A DNA stretch of 63,445 nt, filler included, from Sphacelaria rigidula (Eukaryota): the NCBI GenBank assembly GCA_964200075.2. It is 6 parts of 6 records of this genome, joined end to end, with 100 filler letters (N's around TTAATTAATTAA, not from the genome) between each part and the next. Parts side by side here need not be neighbours in the genome. Positions count along the whole stretch, not along the records: positions 42,366 to 52,855 come from CAXNAA020006405.1; positions 52,956 to 63,445 come from CAXNAA020006406.1; 4 more parts are not named here. One strand, given 5' to 3'. Position numbers and translations under genes: made by a program. Shown in pieces: positions 47,399-57,800 of the stretch. How positions within the stretch are numbered: the stretch's first letter is position 1; the number at the start of each line of letters is the position of its first letter. Below the pieces are notes generated by a model. It saw nothing but the letters and a program-made list of their open reading frames with translations, was not told where the DNA came from and searched no databases.

Positions 47399-49129
47399 AT
47401 GACAGGACCAACGCCAGATCTCGTGATACGTGGAGGCGTAGTCGTCGACGGTAACGGCGGCCCCGAACGCCACGCCGATGTGGCCGTCGTCGGTGACACG
47501 ATCGTTGCCGTGGGAGACGTCGAACAAAAGGGCCGTCGGGAGATCGACGCCGATGGCGCGCTTGTTGCGCCGGGCTGGGTCGACGTTCACACCCACTACG
47601 ACGGCCAGGCAACATGGGATCAGCAACTCGCACCGTCGTCGGTGCATGGCGTCACCACGGTCGTCATGGGGAACTGTGGTGTCGGTTTCGCTCCAGTGCG
47701 AAGCCAGGACCATCAACAACTGATAGAGCTGATGGAGGGCGTCGAGGACATTCCAGGCGCGGCGCTACACGAGGGCCTGAAGTGGAACTGGTCTACGTTC
47801 GGTGAATACCTCGACGCTGTCGACTCGATCCCGCACGACATTGATGTCGCAGCCCAGGTCCCCCACGGAGCGCTCCGGCTCTTCGTCATGGGTCAACGCG
47901 GAGCCGATGGTGACAAGGCGACTCGAGAAGAAATCGAAGAGATGGCCGAACTCGCCAAAGAAGCAATAGTGGAAGGCGCCCTCGGCTTCACGACATCCCG
48001 TACCCTCAACCATCGCACCAGCCGTGGCGAGCCAACGCCGACGCTCAAAGCAGCGCGCGACGAATTGGTCGGGATCGCCCGCGGCGTCGGACGGGCAGGA
48101 ACCGGAGTACTCCAACTGGTCTCCGACTTCATCGACGTCGCCGACGAATTCGGCAACCTCCGAGCGATGGTCGAGGCCTCGGGCCGCCCGGCCTCGTTCA
48201 CGCTCGTCCAGTCGCCCCGCGACCCCAATGGGTACCGCGGCATGTTGCAACTGCTCGATGAGGCGCACGCAGACGGTCTGGAAATCCGCGGTCAGGTCGC
48301 CACACGCGGCATCGGTCTGTTGCTCGGTCTGCAGGGCACGCTCAACCCCTTCATGGCCAACCCCGTGTACCAGCAGGTCGCAGATCTCGATGCGCCCGCC
48401 CGCGTCGCCGTCATGGGTGATCCGGCTTTCAAAGCGCGGTTGCTCGCCGCAGACGAAGGGCAGCGCGACAAGTCGAAGGTCGGAGGTGGCATCGTTCGAA
48501 TGTTCGAGAACATGTTCGTGCTCGGTGACCCGCCCGACTACGAGCCGGACCCGAGCAGCAACGTCGCCGCAGAGGCGGGGCGTGCCGGACGCGAACCCCT
48601 CGAGTTCGTGTATGACCTGCTCCTTCGCGACTCTGGGCGACTCTTTCTGTACATACCTGCGCTCAACTATGTCGATGGTCGTCTCGACGGCGTGCGCGAG
48701 ATGCTGTTACACCCGCAGACGATTCCCGGGCTGAGCGACGGCGGCGCTCATGTCGGAACGATCAGCGACGGCTCGTTTCCAACGACGCTGCTCGCCCACT
48801 GGTGTCGTGATCGTGACGGCGAGCAACTGACCGTCCCATTCGTCGTACAATCGCAGTGCCGAGACACCGCATGGGCGCTTGGTATGCGCGATCGAGGGGT
48901 GCTCGCGCCGGGCTACAAGGCTGACATCAACGTGATCGACCTCGAACGGTTGTCGGTCTCGGCCCCCGAGATGCACTACGACCTGCCAGCCGGCGGCCGT
49001 CGTTTGCTCCAGGGGGCGACCGGCTACCTGCACACGATCGTCTCCGGAGTTCCGACCTACGAATCAGGCGTGTCGACCGGCGAGTTCCCCGGTCGGCTCG
49101 TGCGCGGAGCGCGTTCGATCCGGTCCTGA
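47399..49129 (+). CDS. N-acyl-D-amino-acid deacylase family amidohydrolase
   Basis: PDLVIRGGVVVDG, PGWVDVHTHYD, VMGNCG, SDGGAH, DRGVLAPGYKADINV. Confidence 0.92.
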   Translation: MTGPTPDLVIRGGVVVDGNGGPERHADVAVVGDTIVAVGDVEQKGRREIDADGALVAPGWVDVHTHYDGQATWDQQLAPSSVHGVTTVVMGNCGVGFAPVRSQDHQQLIELMEGVEDIPGAALHEGLKWNWSTFGEYLDAVDSIPHDIDVAAQVPHGALRLFVMGQRGADGDKATREEIEEMAELAKEAIVEGALGFTTSRTLNHRTSRGEPTPTLKAARDELVGIARGVGRAGTGVLQLVSDFIDVADEFGNLRAMVEASGRPASFTLVQSPRDPNGYRGMLQLLDEAHADGLEIRGQVATRGIGLLLGLQGTLNPFMANPVYQQVADLDAPARVAVMGDPAFKARLLAADEGQRDKSKVGGGIVRMFENMFVLGDPPDYEPDPSSNVAAEAGRAGREPLEFVYDLLLRDSGRLFLYIPALNYVDGRLDGVREMLLHPQTIPGLSDGGAHVGTISDGSFPTTLLAHWCRDRDGEQLTVPFVVQSQCRDTAWALGMRDRGVLAPGYKADINVIDLERLSVSAPEMHYDLPAGGRRLLQGATGYLHTIVSGVPTYESGVSTGEFPGRLVRGARSIRS

Positions 49130-49140
49130 CTCTGGCCGTT

Positions 49141-50070
49141 TCATTCGTTCAAGATCGAGCGAACCTCTGCGGCGCCTTCGATCGTTGCTTCGTCGGGTCC
49201 GACCGTGAGCAAGTTGAACGTTCGGCAGCCAGCGTCAACGTACGGGCGAAGAAATTCGGCGATGTCAGAGGGTGGTCCAGCAGGGCTGTAGCGGGCGAAC
49301 CTCCCGAATGGAACCTGATAGAGCTGTTCCATCGAACGGGCAAGTCGACCTCCGGCGACATCGGGCTTGCCGAAAGAACACCACACTTGCATTCCATGCC
49401 GCCACAAGACCCCCTCCCGGCCGCATTCGTCAGCGATTGCGGCCGTCTGATCGACGACTTCGGAGAATCGGCTAGGCGAAGCCCAGATTCCGAGCCACCC
49501 ATCGCCGAGGCGACCGGCTCGGCGGACCGCCGCTGTCGAGCGCCCACCGACGATGAGTGGGATCGATGGCTCGACCGCTGGCAGAATCTGCGCATCGGTC
49601 ACATCGATGTGCGAGCCGTGAAACGTCAACTTCTCCCCAGTGGACAGCGCACGCACGACGTGGATGCACTCGTCGAGTCGTGCGCCTCGTGTCGTAGGAT
49701 CGATACCGCAGATCTCGATCTCGTGCCGATCCTCTCCGCCGACGCCCACACCGAGCCTCAGCCGTCCGGGCGCCAACTCTGAGATCGTGGCGAGCTGTCG
49801 TGCTGTCGGCACAGGGTGACGGAGCGCGAGGAGATAGATACCGATCTCGACGGCCAGCCGGGGCTCGGCTGCGAGCACCATGGCGGCAGACGTCAGCCCA
49901 TCCATACCGAAGCCAACGTGGAAGCTGACATGGTCGCCGACCATCACATGGTCGAGCCCGGCGTCGGCACGGGCCCGCAACGCGGCCGTCCAGGCCCCCA
50001 ACGGATCGCCTGCGGACAGCGTCGGCAAGCTGGTGCCGACCTTCACCGAAGCACCCGTCTCTGTGCTCAT
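49141..50070 (-). CDS. LLM-class flavin (probably F420)-dependent oxidoreductase
   Basis: Luciferase-like fold motifs VGDH, LRHPV..ARQLATI, GRLRLGVGVG, VGG.S.AAVRRAGRLGDGW. Confidence 0.9.
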   Translation of the reverse strand: MSTETGASVKVGTSLPTLSAGDPLGAWTAALRARADAGLDHVMVGDHVSFHVGFGMDGLTSAAMVLAAEPRLAVEIGIYLLALRHPVPTARQLATISELAPGRLRLGVGVGGEDRHEIEICGIDPTTRGARLDECIHVVRALSTGEKLTFHGSHIDVTDAQILPAVEPSIPLIVGGRSTAAVRRAGRLGDGWLGIWASPSRFSEVVDQTAAIADECGREGVLWRHGMQVWCSFGKPDVAGGRLARSMEQLYQVPFGRFARYSPAGPPSDIAEFLRPYVDAGCRTFNLLTVGPDEATIEGAAEVRSILNE

Positions 50071-51227
50071 TGCCGACCGGGCCCGCCGATGATCCCGGCC
50101 TGTTGGAGCTCGGCGATCTCACGGTCGTCATATCCGGACGAGCGCATGATCTCATCGGTATGGGAACCTGACACAGTCGGTGCGACGGGGATGGTTGTCG
50201 GCGTCGCGCTGAAGCGAGGTGCAGGCGCTGGTTGGACGACGCCGTCGACATCGATGAACGTGCATCGGGCCTGATTGTGAGGATGGTGAGGGGCTTCGGC
50301 CAAGCTCAGGACCGGTGCGAAACAGATGTCGGTGCCTTCCATCAGCGCAGTCCATTCATCACGCGTCTTGGTCCTGAACACTCGGCTGACACGTTCGCAA
50401 TACTCGGGCCACCGGGTTCGATCATCGCGATCCGGGAAGTCTGAAGGGTCGAGTTCAAGCGTGGTGATCAGTTCGTCGTAAAACCGTCGTTCGATCGAAC
50501 CGATCGAAACCCAACCACCGTCGGCAGTCTCATACGTCCCGTAGAAGAAGGCGCCACCGTCGATGATGTTGCTGCCACGCTCGTCGTTGACCAACCCCGA
50601 GCCGTGCATGCCATAGATCGCACTCATCAGCGAAGCCGACCCGTCGGTCATCGCTGCGTCGATGACCTGCCCTCGACCAGTCGCTCGTGCGGACAACATC
50701 GCTGCGAGCACACCAATTGCCAAGTAGGCGCCGCCACCGCCGAAATCGCCGACCAGGTTGAGTGGAACTGTCGGTGCCCCTCCGCGAGGGCCGATTGCGT
50801 GGAGGGCGCCGCTGAGCGCGATGTAGTTGATGTCGTGGCCGGCGGCGTGAGCGAGCGGGCCATCCTGGCCCCAGCCCGTCATGCGGCCGAACACGAGCCG
50901 TTGGTTCCTCGCCAAGCATTCCTCGGGTCCGACGCCAAGCCGTTCCGCGACACCTGGACGAAAGCCCTCGATGAGCGCATCGGCCTGCTCGACGAGGCGC
51001 AGCACGATCTCCGCGCCGCGGGGGTCCTTGAGGTCGACCCGAATCGAGCGTCGGTTGCGGAGCAGCACGCTGTACTGGCGAGGTACTGAGATCCCCAGAT
51101 CGTGGCCGGTGCTCGGACGATCGATACGGATGACATCGGCGCCCATGTCGGCCAGGAGCATGCCAGCGAAAGGGGCGGGGCCGATCCCGCTGAGCTCGAT
51201 GATCGTGCAACCTTGTAGTGGTCCCAT
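50067..51227 (-). CDS. Alpha-methylacyl-CoA racemase / CaiB-BaiF family III CoA-transferase
   Basis: GPLQG..IIELSGIGPAPFAGMLLADMGADV, EGFRPGVAERLG, AGHDINY and NLVGDFGGG (the AMACR His/Asp pair). Confidence 0.93.
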   Translation of the reverse strand: MGPLQGCTIIELSGIGPAPFAGMLLADMGADVIRIDRPSTGHDLGISVPRQYSVLLRNRRSIRVDLKDPRGAEIVLRLVEQADALIEGFRPGVAERLGVGPEECLARNQRLVFGRMTGWGQDGPLAHAAGHDINYIALSGALHAIGPRGGAPTVPLNLVGDFGGGGAYLAIGVLAAMLSARATGRGQVIDAAMTDGSASLMSAIYGMHGSGLVNDERGSNIIDGGAFFYGTYETADGGWVSIGSIERRFYDELITTLELDPSDFPDRDDRTRWPEYCERVSRVFRTKTRDEWTALMEGTDICFAPVLSLAEAPHHPHNQARCTFIDVDGVVQPAPAPRFSATPTTIPVAPTVSGSHTDEIMRSSGYDDREIAELQQAGIIGGPGRQ

Positions 51228-51235
51228 GTTTCGAC

Positions 51236-52501
51236 TCAACCGTTCTTCGGCAGTTCGCTGAATGGCGTGTTGCGATCCGGCCCAGGTTCTTTGGGCAGGC
51301 CGAGGCCGCGTTCGCCGATGATGTTGCGTTGCACCTGGTCGCTGCCGCCGTAGATCGCCGGGGCGGGTGAGAACAGAGTGAACTCCTGGACACTGCCGCC
51401 GCTGGGACTGTTCGGCCCTGTCAACATGGCGCCTGCGCCGAGTATCCGACAGCTGAGTTCACGTGCAAGGCGTGTGATGTCACTGTTGCGTAGTTTCATC
51501 AGGTTGCCCTCGCTTCCGGTTGCTGCATTACCCGATTTCATTCGGCCGACGTGCCACCCGGTGATCTGTAGCAATGTGTGGAGGCGGGCCAGGTCCTGGC
51601 GATTTGTCGCATCGTGGATGCTGCCGTTGCCCTCCGCCAATTGGATGAGCTGTTTCACCCTCCCGGGGCCGACCATTCCGCCACCGAGCGCGGGAGCGCC
51701 GTTGGCGAACGATCCAGCCGGTCGTCGCAGGTGACCGGCGATGGTACCGGCCAGCGCGGCGCTCGGTGCTGCGACGTTCTCGCCACCGATGCTGTTGCGT
51801 TCGAACATCAAGGTGGTGTTGGCCACGCGCCATCCGTCGCCCACGTCGCCGATGATGTGATCATGGGGGACACGGGCCTCGTCGATGAAGACCTCATTGA
51901 ACAACGCTCGTCCGGTCATCTCGCGTAGTGGCCGTACGTCGACGCCGTCCTGCTTCATCGGGAACGCGAAGTAGGTGATGCCGCGATGTTTTGGTGCGTC
52001 GGGGTCGGTTCGGGCGATCAGGATGCCGTAGTCGGCCCATTGGCCCATCGATGTCCACACCTTCTGTCCGGACACGACCCATTCGTCACCGTCTCGCTCG
52101 GCGCGGGTTTGCAGCCCTGCGAGGTCGGACCCTGCTCCGGGCTCCGAGAACAGTTGACACCAGCCGTGCTGACCGCTCAGGATCTTCGGCACGTACCGCT
52201 CGATCAGGTTCAGGGTCCCGTGAGCCAGCAACGTCGGGGCGGCCAGCATCATGCCGATTCCGGAAGGCGGCCCCAAGGCGCCTCTGGAGACCATGGCGCT
52301 CGCCAGTTCACTCGCTCGTGACCGAGACCAACCACGTCCGTGGGGTGTTGGCGCGGTCGGAAGCGCAAGTCCGTCGGCGGAGAGCCGGGTCCACCACTCC
52401 GCAACCGAGATGTCGGGGCTCCAGTGTTCGTCGAGCCACGACTCGATGTTCAGGTCCGATCCGTTGTCTTCGAGCATGTCCAGAGCCGTCGTGTCGGTCA
52501 T
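51236..52501 (-). CDS. Acyl-CoA dehydrogenase (actinobacterial FadE-type)
   Basis: WCQLFSEPGAGSDLA, GQKVWTS, FNEVF, LMFER, IYGGSDQVQRNIIGERGLGLPKEP; SD GGAGGA before the ATG at 52501. Confidence 0.94.
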   Translation of the reverse strand: MTDTTALDMLEDNGSDLNIESWLDEHWSPDISVAEWWTRLSADGLALPTAPTPHGRGWSRSRASELASAMVSRGALGPPSGIGMMLAAPTLLAHGTLNLIERYVPKILSGQHGWCQLFSEPGAGSDLAGLQTRAERDGDEWVVSGQKVWTSMGQWADYGILIARTDPDAPKHRGITYFAFPMKQDGVDVRPLREMTGRALFNEVFIDEARVPHDHIIGDVGDGWRVANTTLMFERNSIGGENVAAPSAALAGTIAGHLRRPAGSFANGAPALGGGMVGPGRVKQLIQLAEGNGSIHDATNRQDLARLHTLLQITGWHVGRMKSGNAATGSEGNLMKLRNSDITRLARELSCRILGAGAMLTGPNSPSGGSVQEFTLFSPAPAIYGGSDQVQRNIIGERGLGLPKEPGPDRNTPFSELPKNG

Positions 52502-52541
52502 CAAGTCCTCCGTCGTCGTCGTTGAGATTGTCGATCTGTCA

Positions 52542-52855
52542 TCAGCGTGCTGTCGTGAGTGAGCCGAGACGAGCCATCTCTCGTTCGGCATCGGCGACGA
52601 AGCGGCGAACAACGTCCCCGGCAGGGGTGACCTCGTCGATGCCGCCTAGGCCCTGGCCGGCTGCGAAGCACTCCTTGGCTGGGTCGATTCCTGCGCTCTC
52701 CGGCCGGGACCCGAGATGCATTGCGCCATCGCTCATCGACTGGGCGATCTGCTGGGGGAAGGGGCGTAACTCGTCGGGGTGGTCCTCGAAGTGTTGGGTG
52801 TAATCGTTGCGAATCGCACGCAGGGTCTTGCCGGTGGAGGCGCGGGTGATGACGG
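52542..52855 (-). CDS. Nitronate monooxygenase-family flavoprotein, C-terminal part (5'-truncated)
   Basis: VITRASTGKTLRAIRN...FAAGQGLGGIDEVTPAGDVV, typical of the NMO/FabK-like C-terminus. Confidence 0.8.
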
Positions 52856-54159
52856 NNNNNNNNNNNNNNNNNNNNNNNNNNNNNNNNNNNNNNNNNNNNT
52901 TAATTAATTAANNNNNNNNNNNNNNNNNNNNNNNNNNNNNNNNNNNNNNNNNNNNAAGCGTAGCGCAAGTGTGGAAGGATGTCTGACACACTGATTAGCC
53001 TCTTCTTTCGTGCAACCAAATACCCCCCCCCCCTATCGTAGGATGACTCTCTAATTGGGCGCAGCCGGGCACTTTTTGTGTGACACCGCTGCGCCCCTTT
53101 AATCCAAGTGATACAGAAGACTCCAGTTATGGAGGTGACGAGTTCGAATACTGGCGCTCTCTTTTTTTGTCCTTCGATCGTTAAGTTCATGTATTATGCA
53201 GTACGTTTCCCCCCTTTTTTCTTCATTCAGCGGCGGCGCCATGCATTCCCACGTTGGTCTGCAGTATACAGCGATATGCTCAAGCCAGACTGTTTTGGTA
53301 TACTCAAGAAGTTGCGGTGTGAAGAGCAAATCCGGGATTTACTGCTGGCACAGATCATACCAACCATTTTCTACACATGTCCGCGTGAAGGGAGCTACTA
53401 TGAGAGCTCGACGTGCGCCCGGCGTCAAGCCCATCACAACGCCGTGTATTTACGTACATCCACACAGGCTGACATGCGAGCACATTTTGATCACGTGTGC
53501 GTGAGTCGTGTGCATCGTCTCTCCTCGCCAAATAATTGGTGGTAGCTGCTGGGTGCTCCTAATTTTGTCGGGACACAACAACTGTAGTCTAGTGCAGAAT
53601 ACAGAGTGACGTGCATTCTCTCTTGGCGTCTTTTTCTGCTTTCTCACCCAACCCTCATGTCCAAGAGTTTGCTTTACCCCTCTCTGCGGTTACAAAACAT
53701 CCTGTAGTTCATCACGTCGATCATACAAGCGCAGTTATTCTTTGGACCCAAGCCTCGATGTGCGCGCAAACACGAACGTACCTCTGGTACACCCTCCGCA
53801 GTGCCGGAAGATAGAACGCACCCCGGCGGCTTGCAAGCGACGTGTTGCGTGCGGCGACGCAGGAAATGGTTTTATATTTTCTATTAGAGAGCACCCAAGT
53901 TCTACTGGGACTTGGGAGAGTGCTGAAGAAGAGGGAAGCTGATGAGAGTTGGGAAGGATGCGTACGGCTCGTGCGCCCTCGTCATCCGTACTGTACCACA
54001 TTTGCACACACTTGGCTGTCGGTACTCGCACGTCACCCCAATCCCCTGTTCAACGTAGATCCAGCATTACTGAGTATCTGAATCACTCGAATACCCCCCC
54101 TGATCGAATATCTCAGTAGTCAATGCTGAAAAAATAAATAAGGAGAAAACTCGGCCTTC

Positions 54160-54604
54160 AAGACGGGATCTTACAAATTAGGGATGGATCATTTATTTTT
54201 CGGGGGTGAGAAACCGGAGAACTAAAATCGTCGTACCCACACCACATCTTTGAAATATGGTTCCACTTCTTCACCTACTGATAGCTATTGACAGCTGCTA
54301 CACGCCGTAGGAATTTGGATTTCGATCACCGAAACGTTGGGGTCCTAGACGAAAAAACAATTTCGGAACCATTTTGACTCCTTCGGACAGCCGAAATTCC
54401 CCAAAATTGTTTCTTCACCTAGGACCCCAACACTTTGGTGATCGAAATCCAAATTTCTATGGCGTGTAGCAGTTGTCAACAGCTATTAGTAGGTGAAGAA
54501 ATACAACCATATTTCGGAGATTTGGTGTTGATACGAAGATCTTATTTCTCCGAGTTTCTCATCCCCAATAAAAGATCCATCCCCACTTTGTAAGATCCCG
54601 TGTT
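54160..54604. mobile_element. Second copy of the foldback MITE (AACACGGGATC family), 4-bp TSD CTTC
   Basis: CTTC at 54156-54159 and 54605-54608; homologous to 8144-8587. Confidence 0.93.
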
Positions 54605-54853
54605 CTTCCGAGCAAAAACAAACATCACGTCAACTCCATCGCTTGTGCTCAAAAACAAACAGCTCTATTTCGCAGACGCCCAGGCCAGGGCACTTGCACT
54701 TGACAACGGGAAACTCCCTACAAACCCATGCCCCACAAAGTAGCGTGAGCGGCTTCACCCGGCATCAGTGCAGATGCATTACGTACACCATGACCTGTAA
54801 TATTTAGAGCGGATAAATTGAAAGACACACACACACAAAAACAAAATGTGTGC

Positions 54854-57800
54854 CTACTCGCTGTCCCCAACGTTCATCAAGGCGCGACGATGCCTCTTTA
54901 ACAGCGTGATTGGGGCCGCCTTTGTAAGAGTATCAGCGTGTTGCCACTCTGAATCCACATGTACGGTCCTTACTGCTCCCTTCCTGACCAAAACCCTGAT
55001 CAAGTCCCACTTCACGTCGATATGCTTACTACGATCCAAGCTGAGAGGGTTGTCGGCCAGAGCCTTGGCCCCCTCATTGCCCTCGACTAATGCCGAGATA
55101 GCCCCCCCCACAAAAAGTGCACGGGAGATCGTACGACAAACCGGCTGCGATCCCACTATTGGGCTCGTTTGCAGCGATTCCGCCCACATGACCGGGTTGT
55201 AGCAATCCGAAATCAGCTATAACACCTAAATGAGTCGCGTCGTGAAGCACGAAACTAGCTCTAACAGCATTTACGATCATCGCCTCCGTGCACGTTTTCG
55301 GCCGGTTCGGGGGGGGGCTATCTCGGCAGCAGTCCCTCATAGAGAACAATGCCAGACTCTACTTGTCGTCTCAACACAACCCTTGGTCGTAGGAAAGACA
55401 GTACCGACCTGACAAACATACATTCCTTCGCCCCTTCTGCCATAGCTGCATATTCGGCTTCGGTGGTTGAAAGGGTAACGCAGTGTTGCGTTCGACTAAT
55501 ACTCGATACTGCTATTCCCCCGTACATGACACCTACACCGGAAACTAACCGCCGGTCTGTATCTTTCTTGGCGTAATCAGCATCACAATAAACTGTGAGC
55601 CTACTCTCCCCTAAACTAAAAGTCAGACCGCAATTCTTGGTTGTATTTAGGTACGCTAAAACTTCCAACACCCTTCACACTTCACATGAGTCATGTGATT
55701 TACGGGCCAGGTCCCGCGCTGCATTTGCAATGTCAGGCCTGGTTACCCCAGCCATCCACATCAACCCTCCTACGGCACTACGGTATGGTCTATCCACAAC
55801 CTTGTCTCCTTGCTTCACTAGTCCTAAGTCTGCTGATACTTAGGCGGAAATATCAGAAAAATCCGTAATGTCAAAACGCTTCAGCATGGTGTCGGTAAAG
55901 TTCGTCTGATTCACGTACATAAAATCTCTCTTCCAGTCCCTCTTTGACACACCCCATATACCATTGAACCTCACCAAGGTTGTTCGTCAGAAATCTATTC
56001 TCCAGGATATCACAGACCTCGTTTACTCTTCTTGTTTCACTCCCAATTAGGATGTCGTCGACATGCACAACAAGTATGACACACACGCTTCCCCGTTCCC
56101 CCTATTTGCAGGCACACGGGTCAGCTTCACTTTGTAATACCCTTGCATCCTCCATCCATGTTATGTTCAGGAGGAGGGACCATTGCCTCCCTGCTTGCTT
56201 TACGCCGTGTAGGGATTTCTCCAGTCTACCCGTACTACCTGTCAAGGGGCCACGCCCGTCTGGGAGCGTCATGAACACGCTCGTGTCCATTTTTGCTCGT
56301 ACAAAAGCCTGGGTAACGTTGAATTGATATAGTGGTCATCCTCTCTGCACTGCCACGGCCATGACCAATTTGATTGATGCCATGGCTGGTGTGGCTTCAA
56401 ACGTCTCGAAATAGCCACCCGCGAATATCTGGCCAAATCCACGCGCTACAAGTCTCGCCTTCGCTTTAGTGATTGCACCCTTGGCGTCGGTTTTCCAACT
56501 GAACACCCATTTTGCCGTAGTGACATTTACTCCTTCGGGGATTTTTTCTCCTGAGAATGTGTCGGCAGTTTCATGCCTATTTCTGCTCGCATAGCACTCA
56601 ATCATATTTCTTTGTACTCTGATTTCTCCCCTTATTTCACTGTTACTGGGGGGGTTTCGACCTCTCTCACGTGGACACCGATGGGGAAACGCAAACCAAA
56701 GCTGGGTTCTGCCTCTGTTCCGGTTTCGGCCGAAAAACAAAAATTCTCCTCCTCCGCGATCAGCATGGCCGCCCTGCCTCCCACCCCTGATCCGGCTGCT
56801 GCAGTGATCAGGTCTGTCATCCCGCACCTATCCTCCGCCATTCCATAGAGTACAGTTTCCGCTTGGGCCCTTGCTTGAACCCTGGCCATCACGCGGGGAC
56901 GATATTCCTCTCTTTCCCATGCCTTCATTTTCTCCAGTTTCAGCTCTTCTGCCGCTGATACTAGCTGGTTCTGGTCTGCTGTCGCACTCGCCGCACTGCG
57001 CGTGTGGCCTGCCATTTGCGGATGCAGAGACAACTCGTCGTCGAGTGCAAGACGGCGTAATTCCGTCCTTGGGACTTCGGGAGCTCCACCGCCCCCCCCG
57101 TCGTTGCGTTCGGGGGTGTCGACGGTTGTCGACGGTTGTCGGCGCTGTTGTCGGCGCTGCGGCTGTTGGCGTTGTCGGCGGCGATGTCGGCGCTGCGGCT
57201 GTCGGCGTTGGCGGCGGTGTTGGCGGCGCCACCGACGGCTGCGGTGTGGGCGGCGCCGAGCCCCGGTCAATGAGATGTTGAACTGGGTTTCGTAAAATCC
57301 CGCGCCCCCCCCGCCTCGCGAGGAGCCGGCGAGATCATCTCACCCCCCTCCGCCAATAGCAGGGGTCTGTTGTGTGGCATCGTCTGCGTCCCGTTCGGAG
57401 TTGAGGACCGAGAACGACACGCGACGTGAACCGCGGGATGAAGCGCGCGCCACCGGGGTTTTCTCCGCGGACTCGCTGCCGGCTAGCCCTCCTTCATTCT
57501 GGTGATCCCTTGCTCCACCGGGCGTCGGGATCGCTTGCTGTGGGGCGGGCAGAGGAGTATGGAGAACATACACCCATGTTACGTGCCTGGTCGTAATAAT
57601 TCGTCCTATTTCCGTCACCCCTCTCACAGCATCGCGCGGGTATCCCGAGGCTGGGCTTGGCCAAGGTACCAGCACCTCTGAGCTTTTCGTCATCACTTGT
57701 CTTTTCTCTGAGCCCTACAAAACCCAGGCTTTAGAAAGGGAGAAGGCTGTTTGCCGGTGGTACTCAATGTCACATTTCGTGTGGCGTCTTGTTGCCCGGG

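Larger units (their letters stand above)
42366..52855. other. Bacterial contig (high-GC, likely Actinomycetota, possibly Acidimicrobiia)
   Basis: Gene-dense and intronless, with overlapping start/stop codons, Shine-Dalgarno motifs and clearly higher GC than its neighbours. LLM and FadE-type genes are typical of actinobacteria. The taxon is an inference. Confidence 0.93.

Noticed and set aside
42366..52855. Horizontal transfer of a bacterial operon into the eukaryote
   Set aside because: The contig is bounded by artificial spacers, with no host sequence, introns or host repeats on it.
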